NCBI GenBank assembly: GCA_000708835.1
Contig: DF237157.1
Location: forward strand, 78,489 to 142,488
Reading direction: 5' to 3'
DNA from: Klebsormidium nitens
Lineage: Eukaryota > Plantae > Klebsormidiophyceae
Length of the DNA stretch: 64,000 bases
Under the pieces are notes generated by a model. It was not told the DNA's origin. It saw only the letters and a list, made by a program, of their open reading frames with translations, and searched no databases. The translations under genes were made by a program, and so were the position numbers. Of this stretch, positions 36,701 through 49,314 are shown piece by piece (the stretch's first letter is position 1; each line of letters starts with the position of its first letter).

Positions 36701-39700
36701 TCCTGCTAAAGCAAAGTGGCTGTTCAAATAGGCAAAAGGAGCGGGCTCCCGTCGGTTCATCATCCAGGGCAAACCCTGAGCATAAAGCTGCCGTTTGATT
36801 TTGTGACGGACAGAAACCTTCCGCAGACACGTACTCCTTTGCAACCCATTGCCTTTGGCAGCAGGACCTTATTATTTCGGCAGTTCAACAAGCGTATAGA
36901 AGAGTCGAACGGACATACGCTGTTGCTTCAGAATGTTTGCTCGCCACCCTTGCGAGATGCCGTTCAAAACGCAGCTAAACAAAAATCTCACAGTTATCAC
37001 TCACTATCCATTTCTGCCAATTGGACGCAGGTGTCGCCCATCAGGAGCCGAACCCCGTCACTTCCATCCCGACCGTCACTGCCCCGCGCTCGGACAAGCA
37101 AGATGGGTCCACCAGCCCCGAGACCGAGACCGACAAAACGGACGAGCTCCCTCCCTTACCCCCCTTCTCGAACCCGATCTACGCCTCCCCCCCAGGCGAG
37201 AGCAGCCCAACGACTCTGCTGCCGCAAAATGGGCTTCCGCTAACCCAACCCCAAAACTCCGGTTTCCAAACCCCCACCTCCGGCCTCAAGATTTCCAAAG
37301 CCTCCGGCCACCAAACCCCCAAAGCATCTGCTCTCCAAACCCCCAAGGTCTCCGGTCTCCAGATTCTCAAACCCTTCGGTCTCCATACCCCCGATTACTC
37401 TGCTCTCCAAACCCCCACCCCCTCGCGCCTCCAGACTCCTAAAGCTTCCGGGAGCCCGATGTCCTTCCCAAGGTCGCAGTCCTCTCCCGAAACTCCCGAG
37501 GGACCCGACGCCGTCGACTTCAACCCAGCAGGGGGCTCCCCGCACACCCCCAGGACCCCCGCGTTCCGAGGTGCAGCGCCGGCCGCCGCTGACCTCATGC
37601 TGACGCCAGCGGTGTCCCCGCTTGGGTGGCAGCCGGACGCGGGCGGGCATGGGCCGCAGGAGCCGGGCTCGGGGCCGGGCCAGAGCACGCCAGCCGCGAT
37701 CCAAATGCCGAGCGTCCAGCGGAGCGCGTCTCGCGTCACGCCTGACGTCATCCGGACGCCCGGGCTCTCGCGGCGGCTCCTTTTGGACGGGGAGGAGCCG
37801 GCTCGCACGCCGAACCGGACGCCGCTTTCACGGTTTGCTCTCAAGTCGCCAAACGGAGGGGCGAGGCGGGTGCCGCTGTTTGGCGGAGCGGAAAAGCTGA
37901 CACCGGCAAAGGTTCCGGCACCGGGGAGCACAGTTAGGGCCGCGGGTGGTGTCAAAGAGGTGGCGGATGGGAGGCTGACACCAACAGTGCGGACTGAAGG
38001 GGGAGGCGTGAATGGTGGCAACGCAGTAGCTTCAGAGAAGCTGACACCGGCGACAAAAGCGAAACCTGGTGCTGCAGTGGAACTTGCGGCTTGTGTCAAC
38101 GCAATGGCTACTGAGGCGGCCAGCGAGAAGTCGCAAGCCGATTCTGAGGGCACTCTGACGTCACATCTTGACCAAGTCACCGAGTTCCCAGTCGTGCTGA
38201 ACGGCGGAAAGAGCCTCAAACCCTCGCCTTTGAATCTTCCGGGGGCCGCTAAACCGGCATCGTCGCCCAAGAATGTTTCTGTTCCAATGGCGCACATGGC
38301 AGGAGTTGGGGCCGGTCATCAATCGGACTGTGCGGCTGACGCGAACCAGGGGGGCAAGAATGGAGTTGAAGTTGACCCCCCGGAAGGGGAGCACTCTGCT
38401 CTGAAGGGTTTCGTCCGCATGCTTGCGCACGTGGCGACTGAGACGGCTACTCAAAAGCGCTCAAAACAAATCGGGGCGTTGCAAGCTCGGTACGAGGCCG
38501 TTCTGAAGGGCGACTTGGGGGCCGAGGAGAGAGGCCTTGTTCGGGGCACTGCAGGCGCGGGAAAGTCTTCACTCACAAATTACCAAGCGCTTGTGGAGCC
38601 ACGTGACACTCGCAACTGGCGCAAGGGGGACGTCCATCACCAGGGCAGCGGGCACAATGTTGGTGAGCAGTTTGGAAAAAGGGAGGAGCGATGTAGCAAT
38701 TTGTTTGTCAGGAACGGTATCTGTCTCGACGAACCTGATTTTGAGAAATGCTCCTTCGTCTAACTTCTGTGAGACCAGCGGCTGTGTATGGTTTTCGTAG
38801 CGTTTGGAAAGGTGCAGACAGGGTGGTTCAGCCCGCTGGTTGCTGCTCGAGCAGTTGAAAGATTCAGATATCTGCCATGACACTCTTTGCATTATGCTAT
38901 TCTTCATTACTGGGAGTCAACGTAGGAACCACAAAATCAATGATGCTCATGTTCAACACGCAGTCTTGAAACACACCAGTATGTCTTTTGGCCTCCCATT
39001 ACAAGATTCAAAGCAGGCTTGATTTAGATGTCCTCGTGAGCCCTAGAAAGACTCTTGGGACCAGGAAAGGTGGAGTGACGAACACCGATGACACTACAGC
39101 AATGGAAAGTAAACGTACTTCCATTGGTAGATGACTAGAGCATCAACGGTTTGCAAGCCATTATGACTCAAGCCCATAGAAATATTGAGTGTGAATGATG
39201 TCCTTTCTCCTTTTTTGAGGTGAAGGCGGTTGCAGCTTTGATTCCTTGTGACGGCAGTCGATTATCGAAGTTGGCAGATCTCCTGAGAAAGGACCAAGAC
39301 CCAGCGTAACGTCCGTCGTCCCCAATGGATGATGCAACTCTTCTGACCACACAAGCAACTCTGGGACAATCGCCTTCATTTGGTAAAAGGCGGATTCTTC
39401 ACGCAGGCTTGTCCGATCATTTTGACCTCGATGCGGAGCAAGCGCAGGTAAAATCAAAACGGCCCCGCCGCAAAGTAGCCTCTCAAACAGATGGCTCACT
39501 GAATGGCATCTGTTCAATTCGCAGATCGCGTGGAGGATGCTGTGGCAGACACCATGCGCAGCCCGAAGAAAGGGGCCAGCGAGGTTGAGCGATGGCTCAG
39601 GCGAGCCCGGGGGCAAGCGTCGCCGGTAACGCCAGCAGACAGAACGGGTCTGAACGTTACACCCGTGAGCCAGGTTCGTGGAGTGGACAAAACGGGCCTG

Positions 39701-42700
39701 GTGCCGGTAACGCCAGCAGACAGAACGGGTCCAAACGTTACACCCGCGAGCCAGGTTCGTGGAGTGGAGAGAACGGGCCTGGTGCCGGTTGAGGAGAACC
39801 AGACGGTGGTCGACTTTCCGGCTGTGGAAGACAACGGCGCAAGCCCTGATGCCGCCAGATCGACTGAGCCTGCGGCCGATGTAGATGCGGCGGGTGTGAA
39901 TACGTCCGGAAAGGGACCCAGCGCCGGTGTGAAGACGCCCCGTTTCGGTGTGCGTACGCTCAGAAACGGACGGAGCCCGAGGGAGACGGTGGGGCGCAGC
40001 CGGGGAGCCACCGAAACAGGGGGCGTGAACACGCCCGTACGAGGTGGGAATCCGCTCGCGCAGGGTGTGAATACGCCCAAGAGCGGGTCGAAGGGCACGC
40101 CGATGCTGCGCCAGGAGAGGGCGCGGCTGCCGCACCTGGTCATCGACAACAGCAAGAGGACACCGGTAACTGGTGAGGACAATGGCACCCTCGAACTTCT
40201 GTCTTGCTTTTTGTTTCTCTGTCGAAAGACGATGATACCAAACCCTTTCAGGCTTAGAAGGCTGAGGACTCGGGCAAGAGATATTGGGACCTGGGCTTGC
40301 CTTCTTGGCATAACCTTTCCGCTTAACGTTAAGGCGCGTCTTGCAGGTGGCCTAATATAGCACCCCTTATACATTCAGCGGACTTCGCGAATCAATTTCA
40401 ACCCTTCAGACACAAGAACACCAAAGATGTGCTGCCTCAACAAATTGACCGACGGTTTCACCTTCGAAAGTTCGCTGTATCCTTGCAACGCTCTTATTCC
40501 GAGTCGGATGCCACCTTCTCTGGCCCAACCAGAACAATCTCCTTTCAGCAGGTCACATGCATATCTTGCTGACGGACATGCGTTTTGTAAGATGTGCCAG
40601 AATCGATTTTCTGTTGGTCGCTCAGTTTTTCCCCCGCTCTTTGTCGCCCATTTTCACGACCCACGTCATATAGGCAACGAGCGAATGCGAAGCGTGCTAA
40701 CAGAGCGATCTCTCTCGCAGGGGGCCGCCCTGGCCGCGGTGGCAGGTTCAACAGCCTGGTGGAAACCCCCCCGAATGCGCGCTCGTCTTCACAGCCCGAG
40801 ATTATAACGCCAGGTCCGTAAAGCTTGACGAGGTTCTCTATTCTTTGTCTTTCCAAGAAAGGGAAGCGCTTTGGCTTGTGGCGGTGCATTAAAGTGTAGT
40901 CGGGTGTGTGTTCGAGTTGGTGCGTCGAGGTCAGCGATCGCTTTGTTTGTGGAGCAGATGAAAGCAAGTTTTCCACTGCAGAGTTCGGGTAGGGCGCATG
41001 CGATCTGCAAAGTTCGGGTAGAGAGCATGTAATTTGCACAACGCGACGTCCTTTCTCTCTCTGTGAAGGGTTCGTTGCACGAGATTCTTAGAAGAACCGA
41101 CCCTGATTAACTCGACAAATTACATCAATCCGGAGGAAATGATGCAGCAATCGGACCCAAACGAGACGAACATTCGCTGAACTTCATTGCGCTTTGCTTG
41201 AAGCACCACCTTAGCCGGCCGTGTGCTAGAGTGCGCTGATCCGATTCTATTTTCAAAATTCACAAGAACGATACCCTAGGTTTTGTTTTGTTCGGTTCAA
41301 AAGCTGACCATGCCCATAATTTGCAGGGGCCGCCACAGCCGAAGAGTGGGCCGCAGCAGCAGACCAGATCCACCAGAATCAGGTCGACCCCTCGGTTAGC
41401 CTTAACCCAGCCGCTTTCGGCTCTCCCGTGAGCCCGGTGAACGAGACCGGTTCGAGCCCCGAAACCCCTCCCCCTTCGGACACTTCCCCCGAGGTCTCCC
41501 CGAACCTTGCTCCGCTTCTCGAGAGGCTCAACCTGGTCTCACCACGTACCTGCGTTGGACTGATCACACATGGCGACCAAACCTTGTTGAGCGTCTCGAA
41601 AAGCACCCCAGCGCGCCAGCTGTCCTCGCGGTTCACGCCCAGCCGTCTGAGCCGGCCCGCAGCAAGCTCAAATTCTCCCCCGGTGGATACCCCCGATCAG
41701 AGTAAGTCCACCGTCGCTAGAATGGCGGGTGACCGGGGGCTGAACTCCGGGGGCAAGATGCTGGGGAGCCCTGCGCAGCGGACGCCCGGTTTGCACGGGG
41801 GGCGGAGTGCCGGGAAGACCGGCACCCGGGAGCTGCGCCAACTGGCAGGGGCGCCAAAGCTGCTCGGCCAAGGTAGGGTGCTTCTACTTCAGCGTGCTGG
41901 TCTTACGAGTTCCCTTACTCGAGTCAATGTGAGGGCTCTTCCTCTGGGCTCGTTCCCGAGAAGTGGCACCGAAGGTGATTAAGCCAGGGGCACAGCACGC
42001 CTTATTCGCGCCCTGATTTGAATGGGTAGGACATCACCGTTGGCATCGTCCAAAATACACTGTCCTTGGCCAGTTTTCCTTCGAAGAGTCTGGTCGTTGG
42101 TACCTTCGGAGCGCATCATTCCTCAAGACTCATATTTAAGACACAGCAACTGTTCTCTGCTTCTTTTCTGCGCAATTCCTTACTCTCTCTCGTCCAGGCG
42201 CCGCAGCCGCCCCGGCCGCGACAACGATTCTGTCGCCCGTGCGCGCGAGCAAGCACGACCGGGCGGCCCTCGGAGCGGACCGATTCGTGCTGTCGCCGGT
42301 GCGGCGGTCCGGCCGGAAGCCGGTCGGGGAGGGGGCCACCAAGCAGACCAAGAGCGAAGTGGAGGAGCTGCTCGAGATGACAGGTGAGGGCGCAACTGTC
42401 AGCAATCTCGTTTGGGGTAAACTATCTTTTAGGAAGAGAGGCCTTTGTGTTTCGAGCGGATCTCTCTAGGCGACGTCGCATTTACAACGAAAACGAGTCT
42501 TCCGCAATGGTATCTGAATGGCCGGAAGGAAGCCGGCCGCGGAGGGGGCCGCTAAGCAGACCAAGCACGAGGTCGGAGAGCTGCTCGAAATGACGGGTAA
42601 GCGCCTGTTCATAGTGATTACGATGATTAACAGTTCACTTCAGTGTCCTAAGGGTTCGGCAGGGTTGTCGAGTCGGTTAGGCTGGTGAAAATTTCAGTTG

Positions 42701-45700
42701 GAGGGGTTGGGAAGGTACGAGCTTCTCGGAGGTGGGGCCACGAACGAGGTCAAAGAGCTGGTCGACTTGACGGGTGAGGGCGCATTAACTGCGTTTTTTC
42801 GTGAGAGCTACCGTGACACTCGCTCTTATCATATAACTAAAGTGACATTTCTCAAAGCAGAACCTTAGTCAAGTTGCAGGTTATATGTATACATCCAAGA
42901 AGGCCCTCTCCGAGGCGACCAGTCTCTCCTAAATTGGTAGTGCTCCTAAGACGCCCTGTTCTTCCATCACGCTCTGCAGAGCCGAGCTGAAACCCCCGCT
43001 TGTCTTTTCTCTGCTTTTCCCAGGATACACCTACCCGCCAACAAGGCCCTCTCCGAGTTGACCAGCACGCAAAGTTTTTCAACATTTCTCCTTAAAATCG
43101 AGGCCTTGTCCGCTACATGCTCGCCACTCTGCATCTATTGCACGACTTGAAAGCAGAAGTTTGTCAATTTGCAGGATACACGTACCCGCCCAACAAGGCC
43201 CTCGCCGAGCCGACCAGCGCGCAAACTCTTCCAACATTTACTTCCTGAAAGGGAGGCCTTGTCCGCTACTTTGCAAGACCTAAAAGCAGGACTTTTCTCC
43301 TTCTGCAGGTTACACTTACACGCCCAACAAGGCCCTCTCCGAGCCGACCAGCGCGCGCAAGACCCCCGCCGCCCGCCGGATGGCGCAGCTCACCAGCGGA
43401 GGTAGCCCGCCGGAGCTCGCGGCGCTCGAGGACGCTGCCACGTGTCAGGACGAGGAAGACGCCACGTGGCATCATGTGGGTGCCGAAGAAGACGCTTATG
43501 CTGGGGACGAGGGCAACGGGATAGGGGGAGATGTGAACGGGGACTTGGAAGTTGGTGGAACGGCAGAGATTAATGCAGAAGCACAGGAAGCGCTTGTTGG
43601 TATGGAAAGCTTCAAGGGCGTCGGAAAGAAGGTCGGAATCTATGATCTGGCGAGCAGCCACGGAGAAAGGCCAGGGCAAGACGAGCGCATGCCAAGTGTG
43701 GCAGTGTCCGACGGGGCACCGGAAAAGATGACGTCAGCGGAAGGTGCCCCAGTAGTGCTGGCTTTTGACACCCTGCCCAAGGAGACTGAGGCACTAAGTC
43801 AAGAAGATGGTGTGAATGCGGTCGGCGATGTGGAGAGCTTGCTAGTGAGAGAGGGCGGGGTAGCTGTTCACACCAAGAGGACGACTCGGCGGTCGGCAGC
43901 TGCTACTGTGAAGGCGCCCAAAACGCAGTGGGTTGTTCGGGAGGGTTCGGCGGAGGGGTTAGCGGCAAACCCTCGGCGGAAAGCATCTGAGCGGAAGTCG
44001 GTGGCTCTGGGAACGAGTTCCGCTGGGCAGACCAAGCGGAAAGACTCCGTTCGAGAGGAAACTGGACTTCTTGAAAACAGTGCTTCAGAGAGTGCGGGAG
44101 ACAAGCTTACGAGGAGCGAGGTTGATGTAACCGGAGGAGAGGGTTTGGCAGACGAAGGAGGGTTAACGACCGAGAGTTCCGGTGAGAGGGGGCTGCGTAG
44201 AGGCAAGGCGGGGATAAAGACGGTTAGCTTTGCGGCCAGGGTCGAGGCGGGGGTCAGTGATTCGTTTAAGTTGGCGGTTAGCGGGAAGGATGTCGGGTTG
44301 CAGGCTCACAACGGGCAGGGTTTTAAGGAGAGGGTTACGAACGGAAGGGCTGGTAACCGCCGCAAGAGTTTGGGAGCCGGACTTTTGGCTGGACACGAAG
44401 TCGAGAAAGAGACCGGCGATGTTGCTAGCGCCAACGGTGGTCAGGAACTAACCACCGAGGAAACCGGGGCCAAGCAGACTCGGAAGCAGGCTGGTGGCCG
44501 GAAGAGGGTTAGCTTTGCGGCTTCCCCTAACCCCATTGGTGCGAGTGAGACCGCAGAAACGGAACGGCGTTCGAAGAGTAAGGCGGCGCAGGCAGCCGCA
44601 CGAAGGCAGAGCGTGGGCGCCGGAGTTCTGCCCCCCGGAAACGCTGACGTCAGCGAGGAAGTGCCTGCAGTTCACGGGTCCGTGCCTGCTGTCGTCAGCG
44701 TAGTCGTTACGGCGACTGACGTGGCGGGTGCGCCAACTTCGCAGTCTGCAAGCGAGCAAGAAGTTGCTGGGAATGGCGCGAGATCTGGCGTCAAAAAGGC
44801 ACGTGGGCGGCGCGCTGTTGGAAAGAAGGTTGCGGCTAGCGAAGGCGAGTCGCACGGCGCGCTTGCGGACGGATCGAGTGATGTTCTCCAGAGTGTGGAG
44901 CCTGCGACGGCCTCGGCGACCGGAGCAAAGGGCCGCCCTGCGAGGAGCAAAGGGGCGGTGTCTGATGGGGCAGAAAAAGAGGGAGTGACGTCAGCAGGGA
45001 GGACACGTGGCAGCCGGGCGGGAGAGGGTGCGGAGTCTGCGGGAACAGGAGAGGAGAGTCCGCAGAAACGGGGCCGGGGGAGGAAGCGAGCGGTTGAGAA
45101 GGTTGATGGGCCGGTGAACGGGCACGGGAATGGGGAAGCTTTGCAGCCAGCGGCCATAACCGGTGAGACTGTGGAAACCATCGCGCGTCAGGTGCCGGTC
45201 GGTTCGAGCCGAACCGGGCGCAAATCCACTGTACCGAGGTCTGAGGCCTCAGCAGCCCAGTCGGAAGCGGGCCCGGTCGGAAAGGCAGCGGTCGGGGGAG
45301 AACGCCGGGCACTTGCTGACAGCACTAATTTCCAGGAAGGAAAGAAAGCGACTGGTACTCGGGGCCAGGGAGCGGTCAAGGGAAAAGCAAATGAAGGGGC
45401 CGGGCCCGGAAAAAGTGTGACTACGGGCGAGAGTGTAAAGGAACCCGCTGACGTGGCGGTTGGAACGCGCATCGAGGTATGGTGGCCGGACGACAAGAGG
45501 TGAGGCCCTTTTTCACCCCTCTTATTGACAAGATACCTAAAGTTGGTTGATTCAGGGTCAACATTTGCGACACCCGCTTTGCCTGATAAATCTGCAATTA
45601 TAGGTAGCTGTCCCACATGTCTCGAGCGAAGAGACGGCCTTTGAATGGACACGCGGGGCATGCATTTGCAGTGACGAATATCGCCGCTCTCTGTGCCCAG

Positions 45701-46956
45701 CTAGTTCTTCACGTATGCATTGACATGCATTACGATATCGGCTCCATTGTGTCAATCGTTTCGGGCACGCTAGACAAGCCAAACACTTCTCCGACCAGCA
45801 ATTGGTGTGCAGAGCCTTCCGAAATGATTAACAAAAATTTGTAGCCTAATGTCAAATCTCGTGTAATAGCAGGATCTTCACTTTCAAGGAAAGTGGGATG
45901 AATTGGAGCTCCAGTTGTAGAGAATACCCACAGTTCCTGTGATTTCCCAGAATGCAAGCTCGATGTCAAAGCAGTTTCAGCATCACCGCTGGCCCACTTG
46001 ACCTGAGTCGAAGTCAGGAAAGCTTTATCATCGTCCGTTTTCGTGTGACAGGTTTTATGGCGGAATTGTCACAGACTACAAGGCTCGCAACGGAAAGCAC
46101 AAGGTAAGCGTTTCAAACGGCAATTGCTGGTCCCACTTGTTCGGCCTTTCGATTCTGGCGAACCTTAAACCCATCCACTGCAACGGGATCGCTGCGTTTG
46201 TGACGCAAGCCTCTACACAACCATTATACAAACCTACACAGCTCGCGCTTAACAATCCATTTGAGGTGTTGTCTTCATCGCTGTCAGGTTTGCTGGCTTG
46301 AGCTACCCTCGGTTTTCATCTACAATTTCCAGACCTTGTGGTCTCGACAACCACTTTTAATAACATTTTCGGAGCCAACAAGTCGACCTGGGCTTGAAAA
46401 GGAAACGGTGGTGGAGCGTGCTTGAGTAGAGATGGCGTCAGGACTGGTCGACCGCTTCTCTGTTCTTCGACGAAGCAGCTTTCAGTTGGAATGTCGCTCG
46501 AGAATGTTTTATGTATATTTGCCAAATGATGTGCAAGGTCACCCAAACAGTGAACGTACTCTTTGCCCACGTTCTGGTGTTTGCTTCATTCTTCTTCGAG
46601 GAAGCAAGTTTAATATTGCGATGTCGCTCAAGAACTCTTTGATAGTATGGTGCCGATTGATGTACAAGGTTACCCAAACAGTGGAACCTACCCTTTCGCC
46701 CACGTTCTAATGTTTAGGGCAGGACTAGAGCTAGAGGCTTCAGTATCGGAGTAGCGGTTCCGGCTTCTTCAGAGCGTAGGAGGTGTGACGTAGGAAGCTT
46801 TTCAAGCAATATGCAGAAGCTGAGCCCCTCCTTCTGTACTCGGAACAGGTTCTGTACGACGATGGCGACTCAGAGGAGTTGCTTTTGTCAAGCGAGCTGT
46901 GGCGGCTGGAGAAAGGGCGCCCCGCAAGAGGGCGAGTTCTGGCTCGGGCAAAATGA
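33730..46956 (+). CDS. Very large, mostly disordered S/T-P-rich protein with CKAP2/TMAP-like motifs and a C-terminal Tudor domain; 5' end and some middle exons uncertain
   Basis: Phase-checked exons: ...-33939, 34385-35096, 35486-35974, 36373-36451, 37031-?, ?-40172, possibly 40721-40813, 41327-41872, 42198-42383, 43309-45499, 46052-46103 and 46849-46956. CKAP2_C-like segment: SYWLGRIREAEVRGDHGSVITLFEQAVEFNAQPAVDL. C-terminal CKAP2-like motifs: LSPVRRSGRK...VEELLEMTGYTYTPNKAL. Tudor: VGTRIEVWWPDDKRFYGGIVTDY...KHKVLYDDGDSEELLLSSELW. Confidence 0.75.
37250..37450 (+). repeat. Degenerate coding 24-nt repeats (consensus ASGLQTPK)
   Basis: The protein reads SGFQTPT/SGHQTPK/SALQTPK/SGLQILK/FGLHTPD/SALQTPT/SRLQTPK; the DNA core tccaaacccc or tccagactcc recurs. 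Confidence 0.8.
39623..39789 (+). repeat. Coding 81-nt direct tandem duplication (27 aa, PVTPADRTGLNVTPVSQVRGVDKTGLV)
   Basis: ccggtaacgccagcagacagaacgggt starts at 39623 and 39704; a third partial copy starts at 39785. Confidence 0.95.
40977..41039. repeat. Intronic ~29-nt tandem duplication
   Basis: The minus strand reads tgcaaattacatgctctctacccgaactt tgcagatcgcatgcgccctacccgaactc tgcag. Confidence 0.75.
42198..43360 (+). repeat. Exon-boundary repeat array: three donor-side and four acceptor-side copies in one intron region of the CKAP2-like gene
   Basis: Donor copies ...ctgctcgagatgacag|gt (42384), ...ctgctcgaaatgacgg|gt (42597) and ...ctggtcgacttgacgg|gt (42774). Acceptor copies cag|g(t/a)ta(c/t)a...aaggccctc(t/g)ccgag start at 42880, 43024, 43175 and 43309. 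Confidence 0.93.
46457..46715. repeat. Intronic ~130-bp tandem duplication
   Basis: ttcttcga at 46463 and 46592; caaggt(c/t)acccaaacagtg around 46535 and 46666; gcccacgttct occurs in both copies. Confidence 0.85.
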
Positions 46957-48716
46957 GTGAGTTTGATGCCACTGACGTGGATGCTCAGGTTGACTCAGAT
47001 TTCGAAGGGGGACAATGTCGCATCGTAAACCTGAAACACGAAATGAAGAGTGCCTTGAAGCCAGATGGTATTCATCTCTGTTGGACAGAAGACTATCTGT
47101 TCAGCGATAGGGATTTTGGAGACCTCTACCTGAATGAGCTGCACTGCTTGATTGAGCTGCGTTACATTGCCAGGGTCAATACGAAAGGAAACTTCGATTC
47201 TATTGGAGTGCCCATTAGTGTTTACGAGAAGAGCTTTGCAAATTCCATGTAGTGCCAAGTCGATCATATCTGCAACGTAGCGGGCACCGATCTCAGAACG
47301 GTTCTGGGCATTATTTTAACAATTCATCAATCTAGGCAACTTCGAAGGCCTACGACTTCGCCCTCTTCTGTTTGCTCTTTCTGCGAATCTGTTTTGCTTT
47401 CAAGAAAGCCAAGGCCCTGATACGAGGACTGGTCTGAAACCAGTTTTTGAGACATCATCTGCAGAACGTTGCACCATCGTTTTGTCTGTTCATGTACAAG
47501 TTCAGCATATGTTGATGTTCTAACCAAGAAACAATCATGTGCAGGCTTGCACCGAGCCGCCAGATTGTCGGTCGAGGAGCTTTGGAGCACGTAGAGCTTA
47601 GAGGGACAGCGTAGACCAAAAGAACCTCTTCAGCATAGGATTTGTTCAGTCCTTGTCCGCCCGTCAGATGCACATCCACCTTTGTCTCTGGTCTCGGCCA
47701 AGTTCTTGTCGTATCTGATTGGGCACAGATGATCCTGCCGCCTTCTGAGTCGATACAAATTCAGCACGATATGCTTAAAGCACATTATCTGAGTGTTGTG
47801 TCCACGTGTCCTATTAATATTTGTTGACGATCCCCATATATATATAGCTTTGCAGGATATGTAGATTGATCGAGTTTGTCGTGTGAGTCGAGAAAAACGT
47901 CCGGCCGAACTCCATTCCTACAAACTCAGATTCTGAACATCGATGATTGCTGGGAGGTATGGCTCTGGAGACTGAACGGTTTGCGCGACTACTAGCATGG
48001 TCGTCGGCGAATTCAACATTGCCTAAAGACCACGTCGATCCAAAGTATCGCATGTTAGAATGCCGTATTGGCATTTTAGCAATGGTCGATGTTAGATGGT
48101 ACTTTATAGCAGGTATTAGGACTACGCCAGGTCCGCAGACGTTCCATGATGAGTTTTTGGCCCGGGTCGAAGGTGCCGAGAGACCATCGAGCAAGTTCAG
48201 CCAGCAAAGCGAAGTGCTCGATTGGGCGGTATTGTTACAGCAGTACCCTGATTAACGATCAACGTAACCCCATGGTTACCGCAGGATTGCTTCATACTCA
48301 TTGGAGGCGAATTCAAGGTAACTCGAGCTATGTAACTAACCGCATGTAGCTGGCCTAAATTTTCCATGCAAGCCAGGCGCTATCCATGCTGTATAAACCG
48401 GGAGCTTCTATCATGACAATATCAACCAGCATGCCTATCTGCTTAGTCTGATGAAAGCTGATGTTGAAATAGAAGTGACTTACGCGTCGCCATGAGCATG
48501 CAGCATGATTCATTTGAGAAGTTTAAGCACCCTCACAATGAATGCAATTATAGAGTCATGCACTGCGGTAGCGTCACTGTTCTTTTTGCTTGCAGCAAGA
48601 TGGATTGCAGGCCCGACACACTGACATTCATTGATCAGCAGCCAAGTTTATTTGATGATTGAGAGTTTCGTGTGGGTGCTGTACGTGTGCCTGTCAGTGT
48701 AAGGCGGAGCAGCATC

Positions 48717-49314
48717 ATGGCTTCTTTCCTTTTGCCCCCGCCTTCCGCTCCCCTCTCTCCTCATCAAGAACGTGGGGAAAGTAGGACGGGGCAGTTCCAA
48801 GAGTTTGCCACCGAGCCTGCTCCTGACTTTTATCCAGAAATTTATAATCACTGGGATGCAATGTGGAGGGGAGAGCTGGGGAACAGAGCGAAGCATAAGC
48901 TCTCTGACCTGAAAAGTCCATCGGAGAGGCTGCATCGGTTGGAGACATTGGCCTTCTGGCGGTTATTGAGACGTGCCGCCAGGACATTGGAGCACCCAAG
49001 ACCCGTGACGGAGAGGAGCGATGAAGCAATAGTCCAAGACAACAAAGAGCATGTGAGGAACCGTGAACGTGGGTGGCTCAATGAGCGCAACTCGGAGAAG
49101 GGCAAAGTTTTGAGAAGCTACCTAGAGTGGCCCGAAGGGATCCCCCTCCATGATCCCGACTCCTTCAAGAAACTTGGGTACGATGGGAAGGAGCTGCGTG
49201 AATGCTTTGTGAGCGCTGTGCACTGGCAAGAAGAGCAAGCATGGAACGACAAGGCTTCCTTTGCGGGCAGCCCCATGTCTAGCATCTGGAGCCTTCCTAG
49301 TACGGCAGAATCAG
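48717..49314 (+). CDS. Hypothetical protein, first exon; possibly the N-terminus of the downstream PB1 protein
   Basis: About 200 open codons from ATG 48717 (MASFLLPPPSAP...) end at the donor TCA G|gtacgc. No recognised domain. Confidence 0.5.

Noticed and set aside
37395-38297. Long minus-strand ORFs (also 39514-40374, 13614-14318, 24237-24872, 44672-45181)
   Set aside because: They are antisense shadows of GC-rich or repetitive plus-strand coding exons and have no independent motifs.
46957-48349. ORFs 46899-47252, 46995-47267 and 47947-48255
   Set aside because: The first overlaps the Tudor exon in another frame; the others lack recognisable motifs or splice support.
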